Virus record (IMG/VR): IMGVR_UViG_3300036791_000399
Coordinates: 10,076-74,075 of that record
DNA from: a virus
DNA length: 64,000 bases
Strand: one strand, 5' to 3'
Both the position numbers and the translations under genes were made by a program. Under the pieces are notes generated by a model that was not told the origin of the DNA, made no database searches, and saw nothing but the letters and a program-made list of their open reading frames with translations. How positions within the stretch are numbered: position 1 is the first letter of the stretch; each line of letters begins with the position of its first letter. Below are positions 9,537 through 18,280 of this stretch, piece by piece.

Positions 9537-9930
9537 GGTCGTCCATAAAGAGGATCCGCGCGACGCAATCATGCGCGACCTCGGCTCGCTTGATGGCTTT
9601 GACATTGCCGCGCAAGGCGTCCTCATCGCCACCTACGAGCGCTCCGACGATATCAAAACCGAAGGCAACATCATCCTCCCCCATGCTCATCTGAAAGAGG
9701 ATGAGTTCCAGTCGCGGGTCGGCTTGGTGGTGAAGCTCGGCCGGCGCGCCTTCGTCGATGACGAGCATATCCAGTGGCACGGCTTCCGCTGCGACGTCGG
9801 TGATTGGGTCGTCTACCGGCTGTCCGAGGGCATCAAGATGCAGATCCCCGGCCCTGGCGGGGTCAAGTGTCGCTTGATGTCCGATGCCTACCTCAAGCTC
9901 AAGGTTTCTCATCCAGATGCCGTATTCTGA
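9517..9930 (+). CDS. GroES/Cpn10-like co-chaperonin
   Basis: KTEGNIILP, VGLVVKLG, CDVGDWVVY motifs; GGAGG RBS. Confidence 0.8.
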   Translation: MAQVAYRVVHKEDPRDAIMRDLGSLDGFDIAAQGVLIATYERSDDIKTEGNIILPHAHLKEDEFQSRVGLVVKLGRRAFVDDEHIQWHGFRCDVGDWVVYRLSEGIKMQIPGPGGVKCRLMSDAYLKLKVSHPDAVF

Positions 9931-9932
9931 AA

Positions 9933-10463
9933 ATGGAGCATATCTCGATCCATTTCTTATCCGAGTGCTTTGAGCATCAAGGCGACGGAGTTCTGTTGTG
10001 GAAAGCGCGCCCAAGGGCGCACTTCTTCTCAGATTCATCTTGTCTGAAGTGGAACCGCAAATACGCGGGAACGATAGCGGGAATAAGCAAACAAGGTCGT
10101 GGATATCATCAGATTGGTTTGACGTATCAAGGACAACGACGTGGTCTTTTAGTCCATCGCGTAATCTGGGCGCTGTCGAATGGCCGGTGGCCAAACGAAA
10201 TCGATCATCGCAATGGTGATCGTGGCGATAATCAGATCAGTAATCTTCGCGAGGCGGATCGATCTCAACAGATGCAAAACCAGCATCCGAAGAGGCTCAT
10301 TGGCGCGTCTGAGGATCGCCGAGATGGAAGATTCCAAGCTTACATAAACTTGCGAGGAAAGCGGACGGCGCTTGGTCGATATGAGACAGCCGAGCAAGCG
10401 CACGCTGCTTATCTCGTCGCCAAAAAACGGCTGCATTCTTTCCAGCCTGAATTTCGAGATTGA
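9933..10463 (+). CDS. HNH homing endonuclease with AP2-like C-terminus
   Basis: VHRVIW, EIDHRNGDRGDNQISNLR, LGRYETAEQAHAAY; lower GC than flanks; start re-assigned to ATG 9933. Confidence 0.88.
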   Translation: MEHISIHFLSECFEHQGDGVLLWKARPRAHFFSDSSCLKWNRKYAGTIAGISKQGRGYHQIGLTYQGQRRGLLVHRVIWALSNGRWPNEIDHRNGDRGDNQISNLREADRSQQMQNQHPKRLIGASEDRRDGRFQAYINLRGKRTALGRYETAEQAHAAYLVAKKRLHSFQPEFRD

Positions 10464-11443
10464 TGCGGGATGTACTGATGCCGATCGACGACGAAGACAC
10501 AGCCAAGGCGCAAAAGGATCACGGGAGCTACTTCGCGGCGTCGACCCAGGATGATGAAGGTCCGGAGACTCGCTACGAGCCGATCGAGGTCGACCTCAGT
10601 CAGCCGGAACCGAAGAAGGGCGAGACCGGGCGCGACACTGGCGCCGCGGCCGAAGAGCTTCGTGCGCAGCTAAGGCAGGCGCAAAACGCCGCCCAGGCGG
10701 CTCAGCGCATGGCCCAGGAGCAGAGCCAAAGGGCGGCGCTCGCCGAGCAGCGCGCCCAGGGCTCGACGGTCAGCATGATCGATTCGGCGCTTGAGGCCGC
10801 GCAGGTCACTGCCGCCAACGCCAAGGCTAAGTTCCAGGCCGCGCTCGACGCCGCGGACAGTGCAGCCGCTGCCCAGGCGCAGGAAGAATTGTCCGACGCT
10901 CGGCATAACCTGCTGCGCCTGCAGGAACACCGCGCCATGACAGCGGCGGAGGTCCGCCAGCCGCCCCCGCAGCGGCAGCAGCCGCAACTGAACTCAGTCG
11001 ACCAAATGGCGAGCAATCTCGTTGAAAGCGGTTACCCGCGATCGGCGGACTGGCTTCGCGCCCACCCGGACTGGGCGGCGCGCGGCGACTTGCTCGACCG
11101 GATTGCGACCGCCGACCGGCACCTCGTCAACAACAAGGGCTTCGTGCGCGAGACGGATGAGTATTTCGACGCCCTGGAGAATGAGCTTGGGATGAGATCA
11201 CAGCAGCAGCAACGAACCCCTGGCGCGGATTACAGCCACGTCCAGCGTCGGACGCCGCCGGCCGCGGCGCCGACCTCCAACAACGCGGTGAGCTTGCGCA
11301 CCGGTCAGCCGATGATGCGTTCGCACGTCCCGCTCACGCCAGCGATGCGCGAGGCGGCCGAGCTTAGCGGCATGTCCGAGCGCGAGTACGCCAAGGAGTT
11401 CGAAGAGGCCAGAGTGGCTGGCAAATTGATAGGTTACCGATGA
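10460..11443 (+). CDS. probable capsid scaffolding protein
   Basis: Long A/Q coiled coil, acidic N-terminus, C-terminal LTPAMREAAELSGMSEREYAK helix; upstream of capsid genes. Confidence 0.65.
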   Translation: MMRDVLMPIDDEDTAKAQKDHGSYFAASTQDDEGPETRYEPIEVDLSQPEPKKGETGRDTGAAAEELRAQLRQAQNAAQAAQRMAQEQSQRAALAEQRAQGSTVSMIDSALEAAQVTAANAKAKFQAALDAADSAAAAQAQEELSDARHNLLRLQEHRAMTAAEVRQPPPQRQQPQLNSVDQMASNLVESGYPRSADWLRAHPDWAARGDLLDRIATADRHLVNNKGFVRETDEYFDALENELGMRSQQQQRTPGADYSHVQRRTPPAAAPTSNNAVSLRTGQPMMRSHVPLTPAMREAAELSGMSEREYAKEFEEARVAGKLIGYR

Positions 11444-12003
11444 CTGACGCTCCCACTACGCACGTCCCCAACAATCGAGTCGGCAACAAAGAGACTGTCC
11501 GGAGCGCGGACGAGGTCGCCTCGGCCAAGCCGCAGATCATCGACCACGAAGCTCGGGCTCGCGCTCGCGTCGCCGAAATCAGGGCCATTCATGGTGACGA
11601 TGACTTCAGTGAGGTCTACGTCGACAAGTGGTTTGCCGAAGCGCCTCCCGGCTGGACGTATAACTGGAAGACCCACAGCGTCTGGAATAAGGAGTATCCG
11701 CAATACCTTAGTGCGCTGCAGCACACGGGCTGGAGTCCGGTTCCGGCGCATCGCGTGCGGCACCTCCTCTATCCGGAGTACGAGGGCGAGAACGTGATTC
11801 TTGACGGGATGATCCTGATGGAGCGCCCGAGGGAGTTGACAGATCGCGTAATCCAGCGTGAATATCGCCGCGCTGTGGATGTAGTGCGTAGTTCTGAGCG
11901 AAAGCTTTCGGATGCGCCGGCTGGTACGGCGCCCAGAACTGCCTTCGCAGAAACCTCGCCGCGAGTTCGCGGCCACGTCGGTCCCGTCGAAATCGACGGC
12001 TAA
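11440..12003 (+). CDS. head-module protein of unknown function
   Basis: PPGWTYNWK..GWSPVP..DGMILMERP; translationally coupled to the scaffold gene. Confidence 0.75.
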   Translation: MTDAPTTHVPNNRVGNKETVRSADEVASAKPQIIDHEARARARVAEIRAIHGDDDFSEVYVDKWFAEAPPGWTYNWKTHSVWNKEYPQYLSALQHTGWSPVPAHRVRHLLYPEYEGENVILDGMILMERPRELTDRVIQREYRRAVDVVRSSERKLSDAPAGTAPRTAFAETSPRVRGHVGPVEIDG

Positions 12004-12012
12004 CCGGCAAAA

Positions 12013-12113
12013 CGGCGGCCCCTTGGCGCTCTCGGGGTCACCGACAATCTGATGTCATCGGCGGCGCTCGCTTGATGACGAACCTTCCAACCCTCACGGG
12101 AGAAGTTCGTCAT
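12013..12113 (+). promoter_or_regulatory. structured 5' leader: two hairpins with GGCGCTC loops plus an alternative RBS-sequestering helix
   Basis: Manual pairing 12013-22/12034-43 and 12053-63/12069-80; alternative 12075-83/12105-13. Confidence 0.6.
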
Positions 12114-12747
12114 GGCGAACATATTTGCGCCCTTCGGTTTCGCGGAGTCTCACCGTCTCGGGGCCGCGCCCACCTATCAGATGTCGAAGCGCTGGATTAA
12201 CCCAGCGAGCGCCGTTCCGATCTATTTTGGCGACCCCGTCATCCAGACGTCGTCCGGTTATGTCGCCCAGGCGGCTCCGGCGGGCCAAGTCAGCGGCGTC
12301 TTCGCCGGCTGCGAGTACGTCTCGAAAGCAGCCAAGAAGATCATCTGGAGCCCCTGGTGGCCGGGGATCCCTAGCGACGTCGTGACCGGCGGCCAGGGCT
12401 TCGACGTCAACGCCAAGGTGATCGACGATCCGGCGATCGTCTTCAGGGTCCAGGCGAACGGTCAGATGACGGTGGGGATGATTGGCCTCAACGCCACGTT
12501 CACCTTCGGACTGGCCGCGGTTGCCGCCCCCGGCACCAATCCCGCGCCCAATCAGATGAGCGGCATTAGCAACATCGCTCTCGATATCACGCAGACCGTG
12601 CCGGCGGTCACCGCCACCTTGCCGTTCCGCATTGTCGACATCATCCGCGACCCGCCTGGGGTGAACGGGACAGATATCACAACGCCTTACAGTTGGGCGT
12701 TCGTGACCTTCAACAACCAGGACTTCAAGATCACAACCGGTATCTGA
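12112..12747 (+). CDS. probable capsid decoration/minor capsid protein
   Basis: MAN..APFGF, IYFGDPV, GVFAGCEY, VIDDP motifs; immediately upstream of the major capsid gene. Confidence 0.7.
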   Translation: MANIFAPFGFAESHRLGAAPTYQMSKRWINPASAVPIYFGDPVIQTSSGYVAQAAPAGQVSGVFAGCEYVSKAAKKIIWSPWWPGIPSDVVTGGQGFDVNAKVIDDPAIVFRVQANGQMTVGMIGLNATFTFGLAAVAAPGTNPAPNQMSGISNIALDITQTVPAVTATLPFRIVDIIRDPPGVNGTDITTPYSWAFVTFNNQDFKITTGI

Positions 12748-12792
12748 CGCACTGACGGAGCAGGCTAACCGTCATAGGATTGGAGAAGTAAC

Positions 12793-13707
12793 ATGGCCGT
12801 CTCCGTCGCCCAGGCGTACGATCTAATGTTTCCTGGCCTGCGCAAGGTCGCAGGGGAATATAAGGATATCGACCGGATCTATCCAAAGATCTATGCGGTC
12901 GATAAGTCCTACATGGCTGTCGAACGTACAGCGTCGATGCGCTTTCTAAGTCTTGCAGGCTTGAAGAATGAAGGCGCACCGACGATCTTCGATAATCAAG
13001 CCGGTGAACGGTATATCTACAATCAATACCACAAGGAGATTGGATTAGGATATGCGTTCACCAGAAGGATGGTGGACGACAACTTATATAAGAGACAATG
13101 GCGTCCATCTAATCTTGGTCTACAGAAGTCATTTAACCAGACCAAGGAGATTTACGGCGCAACTCCACTGAACACCGCGACGACCTACGACCCGTCGGTG
13201 CTCGGCGATCAGCAGCCGCTCTGCTCCCTCAACCATCCGATCGACGGCGCGGTTGTTCCTAACCGGTTCACCCTCGATATGGATCTCAACGAGGCCTCGC
13301 TGCTTAACGCCCAGGCCTCGATCCGCGGCCAGTTCCGCGACAATGCCGGTCTGCGTATGCAGGCGCGAGCGAAACGCCTAGTCGTTCCCATCGCTCTTGA
13401 GCCTATAGCCATTCGGCTCCTCAAGACTGTCCTAAGACCAGGAACCTCAGACAACGACGTCAACGCGATCCTTGAGACGTCAGGCGGCATTCCGGACGGG
13501 TATCTTGTTCACGATTACCTGACCTCGCCGACTTTCTGGTTCATCCTTACCGATCAGGAAGGCTTGCTGTACTTGCAGCGCGTACCGTTCGAAATGTCAA
13601 TGCAGGTCGACTTCACGACAGACAATCTACTTGTGAAGGGCTACGAGCGGTATAGTTTCGGGTACTTCGACTTTAGAGCAATCTGGGGCTCATTCCCGAC
13701 GCAGTAA
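12793..13707 (+). CDS. major capsid protein (HK97 fold, Mu gpT-like group)
   Basis: PGL..V..EY, KNEGAP, YH..IGLGY..T..MVDDNLY, GDQQPLCSLNHP, DLNEASL, WFILTD, ERYSFGY.D.R; GGAG RBS. Confidence 0.88.
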   Translation: MAVSVAQAYDLMFPGLRKVAGEYKDIDRIYPKIYAVDKSYMAVERTASMRFLSLAGLKNEGAPTIFDNQAGERYIYNQYHKEIGLGYAFTRRMVDDNLYKRQWRPSNLGLQKSFNQTKEIYGATPLNTATTYDPSVLGDQQPLCSLNHPIDGAVVPNRFTLDMDLNEASLLNAQASIRGQFRDNAGLRMQARAKRLVVPIALEPIAIRLLKTVLRPGTSDNDVNAILETSGGIPDGYLVHDYLTSPTFWFILTDQEGLLYLQRVPFEMSMQVDFTTDNLLVKGYERYSFGYFDFRAIWGSFPTQ

Positions 13708-13731
13708 CTGTAGCGGGAAGGAGTAAGACTT

Positions 13732-14268
13732 ATGGATATCACTCCTGGACTTGGTAATCTCCAACTAGTCGGGCAACCGACGTATGCCGCTGGCAACACG
13801 TTCAGCGGCCCGGTGATCGCTGGGTCGATCAAGAATAGCTCGGGCCCAAGCTCGCTTCCGGCTGGAGCCGGCGGAATGCAAGGCCTCGCCAACGCCGGCT
13901 ATGCCGAGATGGGCCAGTCGGCGGCTATCACCCAGGCGGCTGGCGCCGTTGGCACGCCAATCGTCATTCCTGGGCAAAGCCAGATCCTCTCGATCACCCT
14001 GATGGTGACGGCGGCCTGGACCGGCGGGGCGACCACCGTGTCGGTCGGGCGCACGGGCGGCGGTGTTGCTGATCTGGTCGCGCTGACGGCGGCTGCGGCG
14101 CTCGGGCAGCTTGCGCTCCTGCCCGGTACGGTCGCAGCGGCGGTTGCGCTCTGGAACGACGTCGGCAACGCCGACATGCAGATCACGGTGAACTCGGCCA
14201 ACGCTGGCGCCGGCGCCGGCATCTTGACCGTCCGCTATCTGCAAGGGATCAACATGACCGCCGGATAA
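13732..14268 (+). CDS. putative virion structural protein (beta-rich)
   Basis: Post-capsid position; TFSGPVIAG and G.LTVRY.Q pattern; AAGGAG RBS. Confidence 0.7.
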   Translation: MDITPGLGNLQLVGQPTYAAGNTFSGPVIAGSIKNSSGPSSLPAGAGGMQGLANAGYAEMGQSAAITQAAGAVGTPIVIPGQSQILSITLMVTAAWTGGATTVSVGRTGGGVADLVALTAAAALGQLALLPGTVAAAVALWNDVGNADMQITVNSANAGAGAGILTVRYLQGINMTAG

Positions 14269-14287
14269 CCGGTGTAAGGAGGTTTCC

Positions 14288-14683
14288 ATGAGCGGTGGTG
14301 AAGAAGGTCGAGCATACCGGGCGAGAGGCGGCGTAGTCTTCGCCGGCAAGGGCTCGCAGCCGCTGAAGCGCTTTAAATCCACGAGCCATCCATCCATCGC
14401 GGTCGATGCTTCGACGAAGCGCGGCGCAGGGCCGCTGTTCCGAAAGCGCGGCGGACGGCTCCCCGAGGCCTTTAAGGAGCACGAGGGGGATCCGGAGGAG
14501 GGTCGCGAGGAGAAGGCGACGGGCGGCGGGATCTCAGGCGGCGCTGCGAAGCCGAGCATGGGGCGCGCGGGGCGCAAGGTCGGAGGCGGCGTCGGCGCCG
14601 ACTGTTCCCCGCTGACGCACGCGCAGACCCCTTCGAAGCCGAAGGGCCGAAAGCTCATGGGCGAAGGCGAGAAGACTCCGTAG
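14288..14683 (+). CDS. small basic protein with four GG motifs
   Basis: AAGGAGG RBS; RARGGV, RKRGGR, KATGGG, RKVGGG. Confidence 0.75.
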   Translation: MSGGEEGRAYRARGGVVFAGKGSQPLKRFKSTSHPSIAVDASTKRGAGPLFRKRGGRLPEAFKEHEGDPEEGREEKATGGGISGGAAKPSMGRAGRKVGGGVGADCSPLTHAQTPSKPKGRKLMGEGEKTP

Positions 14684-14749
14684 TCATTTGGTTGACCCTT
14701 CCCCTCTGCCTCAAACAGGAGCGGGGTCGTTTCGCTGGAAACCATCAGG

Positions 14750-14788
14750 CGCCGCTGTCTTCTCCGCATGAGGGCAGCGGCGATTTTC
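14750..14788 (+). terminator. Rho-independent terminator after the capsid cluster
   Basis: CGCCGCTGTC...GGCAGCGGCG stem followed by ATTTT. Confidence 0.6.
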
Positions 14789-14802
14789 GTAGGAGACGGC
14801 AA

Positions 14803-15150
14803 ATGCGCCCAATTAGCGTCACCGTCGGCCCCGGCACCACCCCGCTTACGAGCGCTCCGATCAGGCTCGACGAGTGGGCGGATGCGCAACTCGGCGTCCA
14901 GGTAGCGCCGATCGGCACGGCCAATTTCACCGTCCAGACGAGCTTCGACGAAGGGCCGGATTCGCTTGTCAATCCGATCCCGGTGGGCTCGATGGTCTGG
15001 GATTCGACCTTGCTCCCGGCAGGGGCTGTAGCCGGTTCGGCCGCGATTTCGTTCACGCTCCTGGCCTCGCCGCTGTGGATCAGGCTCGTGCTGAATAGCG
15101 GCACGGGCTCGGCGCGGATGAATGTCGTTCAGTACGACAACGGGGCGTGA
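14803..15150 (+). CDS. putative virion structural protein
   Basis: AGGAGA RBS before ATG 14803 (MRPISVTVGP); beta-sandwich pattern ending WIRLVLNSGTG. Confidence 0.7.
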   Translation: MRPISVTVGPGTTPLTSAPIRLDEWADAQLGVQVAPIGTANFTVQTSFDEGPDSLVNPIPVGSMVWDSTLLPAGAVAGSAAISFTLLASPLWIRLVLNSGTGSARMNVVQYDNGA

Positions 15151-15449
15151 TGATGAATAATTCGACGCTTGAGATCACCGAGGGCGATCGTCAGATCAGC
15201 GAGATCGCAGGCGCCGTTGGCGCGCTCTCCGTTCACATTGCTGCCGATGATGGCGGGTGGATGGTCGCCGACTCGATCGGCCCGCCGGTTTCGGAGGCGA
15301 TTATCTGGGCGGCGCCCTACGATAGCGCTTACGTCGCGAGCGGCGCGGTAGTTCGTCTCGACTTTCCAGTTCAGAAGGGTCTTTGGCTTCGCGTGCCGCT
15401 TGGCGGAGTGTGCTCGATCTCGTGGGATGGACCGGCGACGCCCAAATGA
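15147..15449 (+). CDS. hypothetical protein
   Basis: Translationally coupled at both ends. Confidence 0.6.
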   Translation: MMMNNSTLEITEGDRQISEIAGAVGALSVHIAADDGGWMVADSIGPPVSEAIIWAAPYDSAYVASGAVVRLDFPVQKGLWLRVPLGGVCSISWDGPATPK

Positions 15450-16135
15450 GCCTCACCCTCACCAACACCTTCGACTTCGCCCCTTCGGCCGGCGAATGCG
15501 TCCTCAATGCGCTTTCGCGCATCCAGATCCGCGGCCCAATGGTGAAGACCGAAATGCTGCACATGGCGGCGATGGAGGCCAACCTGATGCAGGTCGAGTG
15601 GTCGAATCGGGGTCCGAACCTGTGGACGGTCGATGAGCAGGAGATCGAAACCGAGGCGGCGTTCGCCACCTACCCCGTCGACCCCTCGACGATCGCCGTC
15701 CTGGAGGTGACCCTCGGCCAGGGCAGTCCGCCCAACGAAACAGAGATCATGCTGACTTCGATCTCGCGCACCCAGTACATGTCTTATCCGAACAAGGCCT
15801 TGCCGGGGCGTCCGACAGTCTATTGGTTCGACATCCTGATCGCGCCGACGATCACTCTGTGGCCGGTCCCTGATCAGGTCTACAATCTGCACTTCAGCCG
15901 CTATCGCCAGCAAATGGACGCGACGTTGCGTAACGCCGGCAATTTTGAGGCGCCCTACCGGTGGCTCGATGCGGCGAGCGCGGGCTTAGCGCACCGGCTG
16001 GCGCGTCATTACGCGCCTGGATTGGAGCAGCAGCGCAAAGCGGATTACGTCGAGGCCTACGGCCATGCCGCGGCGCGCGACAAGGAGAACGCGCCGGTCT
16101 TCATCAGCCCGATGTTGGAGTTCTACAGCGCGTGA
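15446..16135 (+). CDS. head-tail adaptor / tail tubular protein A-like
   Basis: EWSNRGPNLW, ISRTQY..YPNK..GRPT.YW, TLWPVPD, PYRWLDA..GLA.RLA; start at ATG 15446. Confidence 0.75.
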   Translation: MSLTLTNTFDFAPSAGECVLNALSRIQIRGPMVKTEMLHMAAMEANLMQVEWSNRGPNLWTVDEQEIETEAAFATYPVDPSTIAVLEVTLGQGSPPNETEIMLTSISRTQYMSYPNKALPGRPTVYWFDILIAPTITLWPVPDQVYNLHFSRYRQQMDATLRNAGNFEAPYRWLDAASAGLAHRLARHYAPGLEQQRKADYVEAYGHAAARDKENAPVFISPMLEFYSA

Positions 16136-16144
16136 GGAGAGACT

Positions 16145-16519
16145 ATGGCTTGGGCTTCACGCTCTGGGAGGGCCGTCACTAATCCTGAACACCCGCGGGC
16201 GTTCGCCGTCTGCGATAATTGCCGCTTTTGGTACAACCATAACAAGCTGAAATGGCAGCGCGAGTGGCAGGGCACTCAGATCATCAACAAGGGCTTCCTG
16301 GTCTGCGAGGGATGTCTCGACAAGCCCAATCCGCAGCTTAAGGCGCGGTTGATGCCGCCGGATCCGGTGCCGATCGCCAATCCGCGGCCCGAGATCAACA
16401 TCTACCCGCTCGACGTCTTTCATGTTGGAGTCGAAACGACTCCGCGCGCCGCGGTCGCGACCGAAACGGACGCCTCTCGCAACTGGCCAGCCGGCGCGCC
16501 GATGGAAATTGAGGATTAA
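16145..16519 (+). CDS. Cys4 zinc-binding virion-module protein
   Basis: AVCDNCRFWY...VCEGCLDKPNPQ..DPVPI.NPRP; AGGAG RBS. Confidence 0.75.
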   Translation: MAWASRSGRAVTNPEHPRAFAVCDNCRFWYNHNKLKWQREWQGTQIINKGFLVCEGCLDKPNPQLKARLMPPDPVPIANPRPEINIYPLDVFHVGVETTPRAAVATETDASRNWPAGAPMEIED

Positions 16520-16520
16520 T

Positions 16521-16913
16521 ATGTCTAGTTGGAAACATGGACAAGCTCCTCAAGGAGCAGGGAAGCCTGAGACGAAGGAATATCGTGCGTGGCGCAATAT
16601 GATACGGCGCTGCACCGAAATAAATAACGCGAGCTATTCTTATTACGGCCCGCGAGGAATTTCGGTGTGCGAGCGCTGGCGGAATGATTTTATTACGTTT
16701 CTGGCGGATATTGGTAAGGCACCATCTCAACAACATTGGCTCGATCGTATTAATGGTGACGGCAATTACGAGCCGGGGAATGTACGCTGGGTAACTCCGG
16801 CAGAATCTGCCCGTAACAGGCGTGGAAATTATCACACGCCAAAGAGAGAGGAAGCGGTGAAGAAGTGGCGGGAGGCTGGGCCAAGAGCGCGCCGCAGGGA
16901 GCTTCAGCCGTGA
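16521..16913 (+). CDS. HNH-type homing endonuclease (W..M..RC / RGI.VC.RW family)
   Basis: [41 protein letters not shown]; low GC. Confidence 0.85.
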   Translation: MSSWKHGQAPQGAGKPETKEYRAWRNMIRRCTEINNASYSYYGPRGISVCERWRNDFITFLADIGKAPSQQHWLDRINGDGNYEPGNVRWVTPAESARNRRGNYHTPKREEAVKKWREAGPRARRRELQP

Positions 16914-18262
16914 ACGACTTCAGCGAGAAGCCGAGCGCCTGGAAGGGCCCCTTCCAGCGGGCCTATGTCGACCTATCGACCTCGACCCGCCAGACGTCGC
17001 TCGCTGCGCAGCCCACCAAGGCACGCGCGAAGAAGCCCCTCGGCCAGTCTGCCAAGACCTCGGCCCGTCAGAACCCATTCCAACGAGCCCCTGGCGAGCC
17101 GGCCTCCCCGAAGCCGCTCGACACGCTTCCGCCGCCGATCGAGCAAGAGATCCCGATCAGTCAGCTTCCGCTCGCGGGACCAATTCTCGGCGCCGAGATG
17201 GTCCCGATTGTGCAGAATGGGATTACCTGTCGTACGACCAGTGTCGGATTGGTCGGCCCGGTGGGATCCCAGGGGCCGATGGGACCGCCTGGGCCAGTAG
17301 GTCCGAAGGGCGCTGACAGCACGGTCCCTGGCCCGACAGGTCCGCAGGGCGCGCAGGGAGCCACAGGGCCGGCTGGGCCCCAGGGCGCGGCGAGCACGGT
17401 TCCTGGCCCGCAAGGACCGCAGGGCGCAACTGGCGCGGCCGGGGCGACCGGGGCGGCTGGACCCTCTGGCGCTGTCGGGGCAACCGGCCCTGCAGGACCG
17501 CAAGGGCCCCAGGGCAATGTGGGTCCAGCGGGTCCGCAAGGTGCGCAGGGCGCTGCGAGCACCGTCCCCGGCCCGCAAGGACCGACCGGGGCGACGGGTG
17601 CGGCAAGCACGGTCCCTGGCCCTGTAGGCCCAAGCGGACCCACTGGGGCGACTGGACCCCAAGGCCCACAGGGCGTCGCTGGCCCTCCTGGCGGCCTGGG
17701 CGAAGCGCCGCAAGACGGGCACATCTACGGCCGCGAAAACGCCGCCTGGGTGCAGGTAACGGGCGGCGGCGGAGCGAGCGTCACGATCTCGGACACGGCG
17801 CCCTCATCGCCGAACGTCGGCGATCTCTGGTGGTCGTCGACGCTTCTGACGATGTTCGTCTATTACAACGACGGCACCTCGAGCCAGTGGGTCGTAGCGA
17901 GTCCGGGGATCAGCGCGTCGAGTCCCTTGGTCAATGCGCCGTTCTCGGTCGCCAATGTCGCCGCCAGCGGCGCGACTGCGCTCAACTGGACGAACGGCGA
18001 CATCCAGAAGGTCACGCTCAACGCCAATTCGACCATCGCCGTCTCGGGCTGGCCGGCTTCCGGCACGCTCGCCAAGCTCACGCTCGATATTCAGAACACC
18101 GGCGCTTTCAACATCACTGGCTGGCCCACCGGGACGAAATGGGCGGGCGGCGCGGCGCCGACGATTACTTCCGGCGCCGGAAAGCAGGACGTGATCGTTC
18201 TGATGTCGCTCGACGGCGGAACGACCGTTCTGGGCTCGGTCGCGGGGCAGAATTACTCATGA
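16910..18262 (+). CDS. collagen-like tail fibre protein 1
   Basis: Long Gly-X-Y run, [23 protein letters not shown] module, beta-rich C-terminal domain; GTG 16910 overlaps the HNH stop. Confidence 0.8.
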   Translation: MNDFSEKPSAWKGPFQRAYVDLSTSTRQTSLAAQPTKARAKKPLGQSAKTSARQNPFQRAPGEPASPKPLDTLPPPIEQEIPISQLPLAGPILGAEMVPIVQNGITCRTTSVGLVGPVGSQGPMGPPGPVGPKGADSTVPGPTGPQGAQGATGPAGPQGAASTVPGPQGPQGATGAAGATGAAGPSGAVGATGPAGPQGPQGNVGPAGPQGAQGAASTVPGPQGPTGATGAASTVPGPVGPSGPTGATGPQGPQGVAGPPGGLGEAPQDGHIYGRENAAWVQVTGGGGASVTISDTAPSSPNVGDLWWSSTLLTMFVYYNDGTSSQWVVASPGISASSPLVNAPFSVANVAASGATALNWTNGDIQKVTLNANSTIAVSGWPASGTLAKLTLDIQNTGAFNITGWPTGTKWAGGAAPTITSGAGKQDVIVLMSLDGGTTVLGSVAGQNYS

Positions 18263-18280
18263 CCGGGGTAGTGTGAAAAA

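Noticed and set aside
13470-13500. ETSGGIP in the major capsid protein as a GG-motif copy
   Set aside because: Lacks the basic or aromatic upstream residue and lies in a folded region; likely chance
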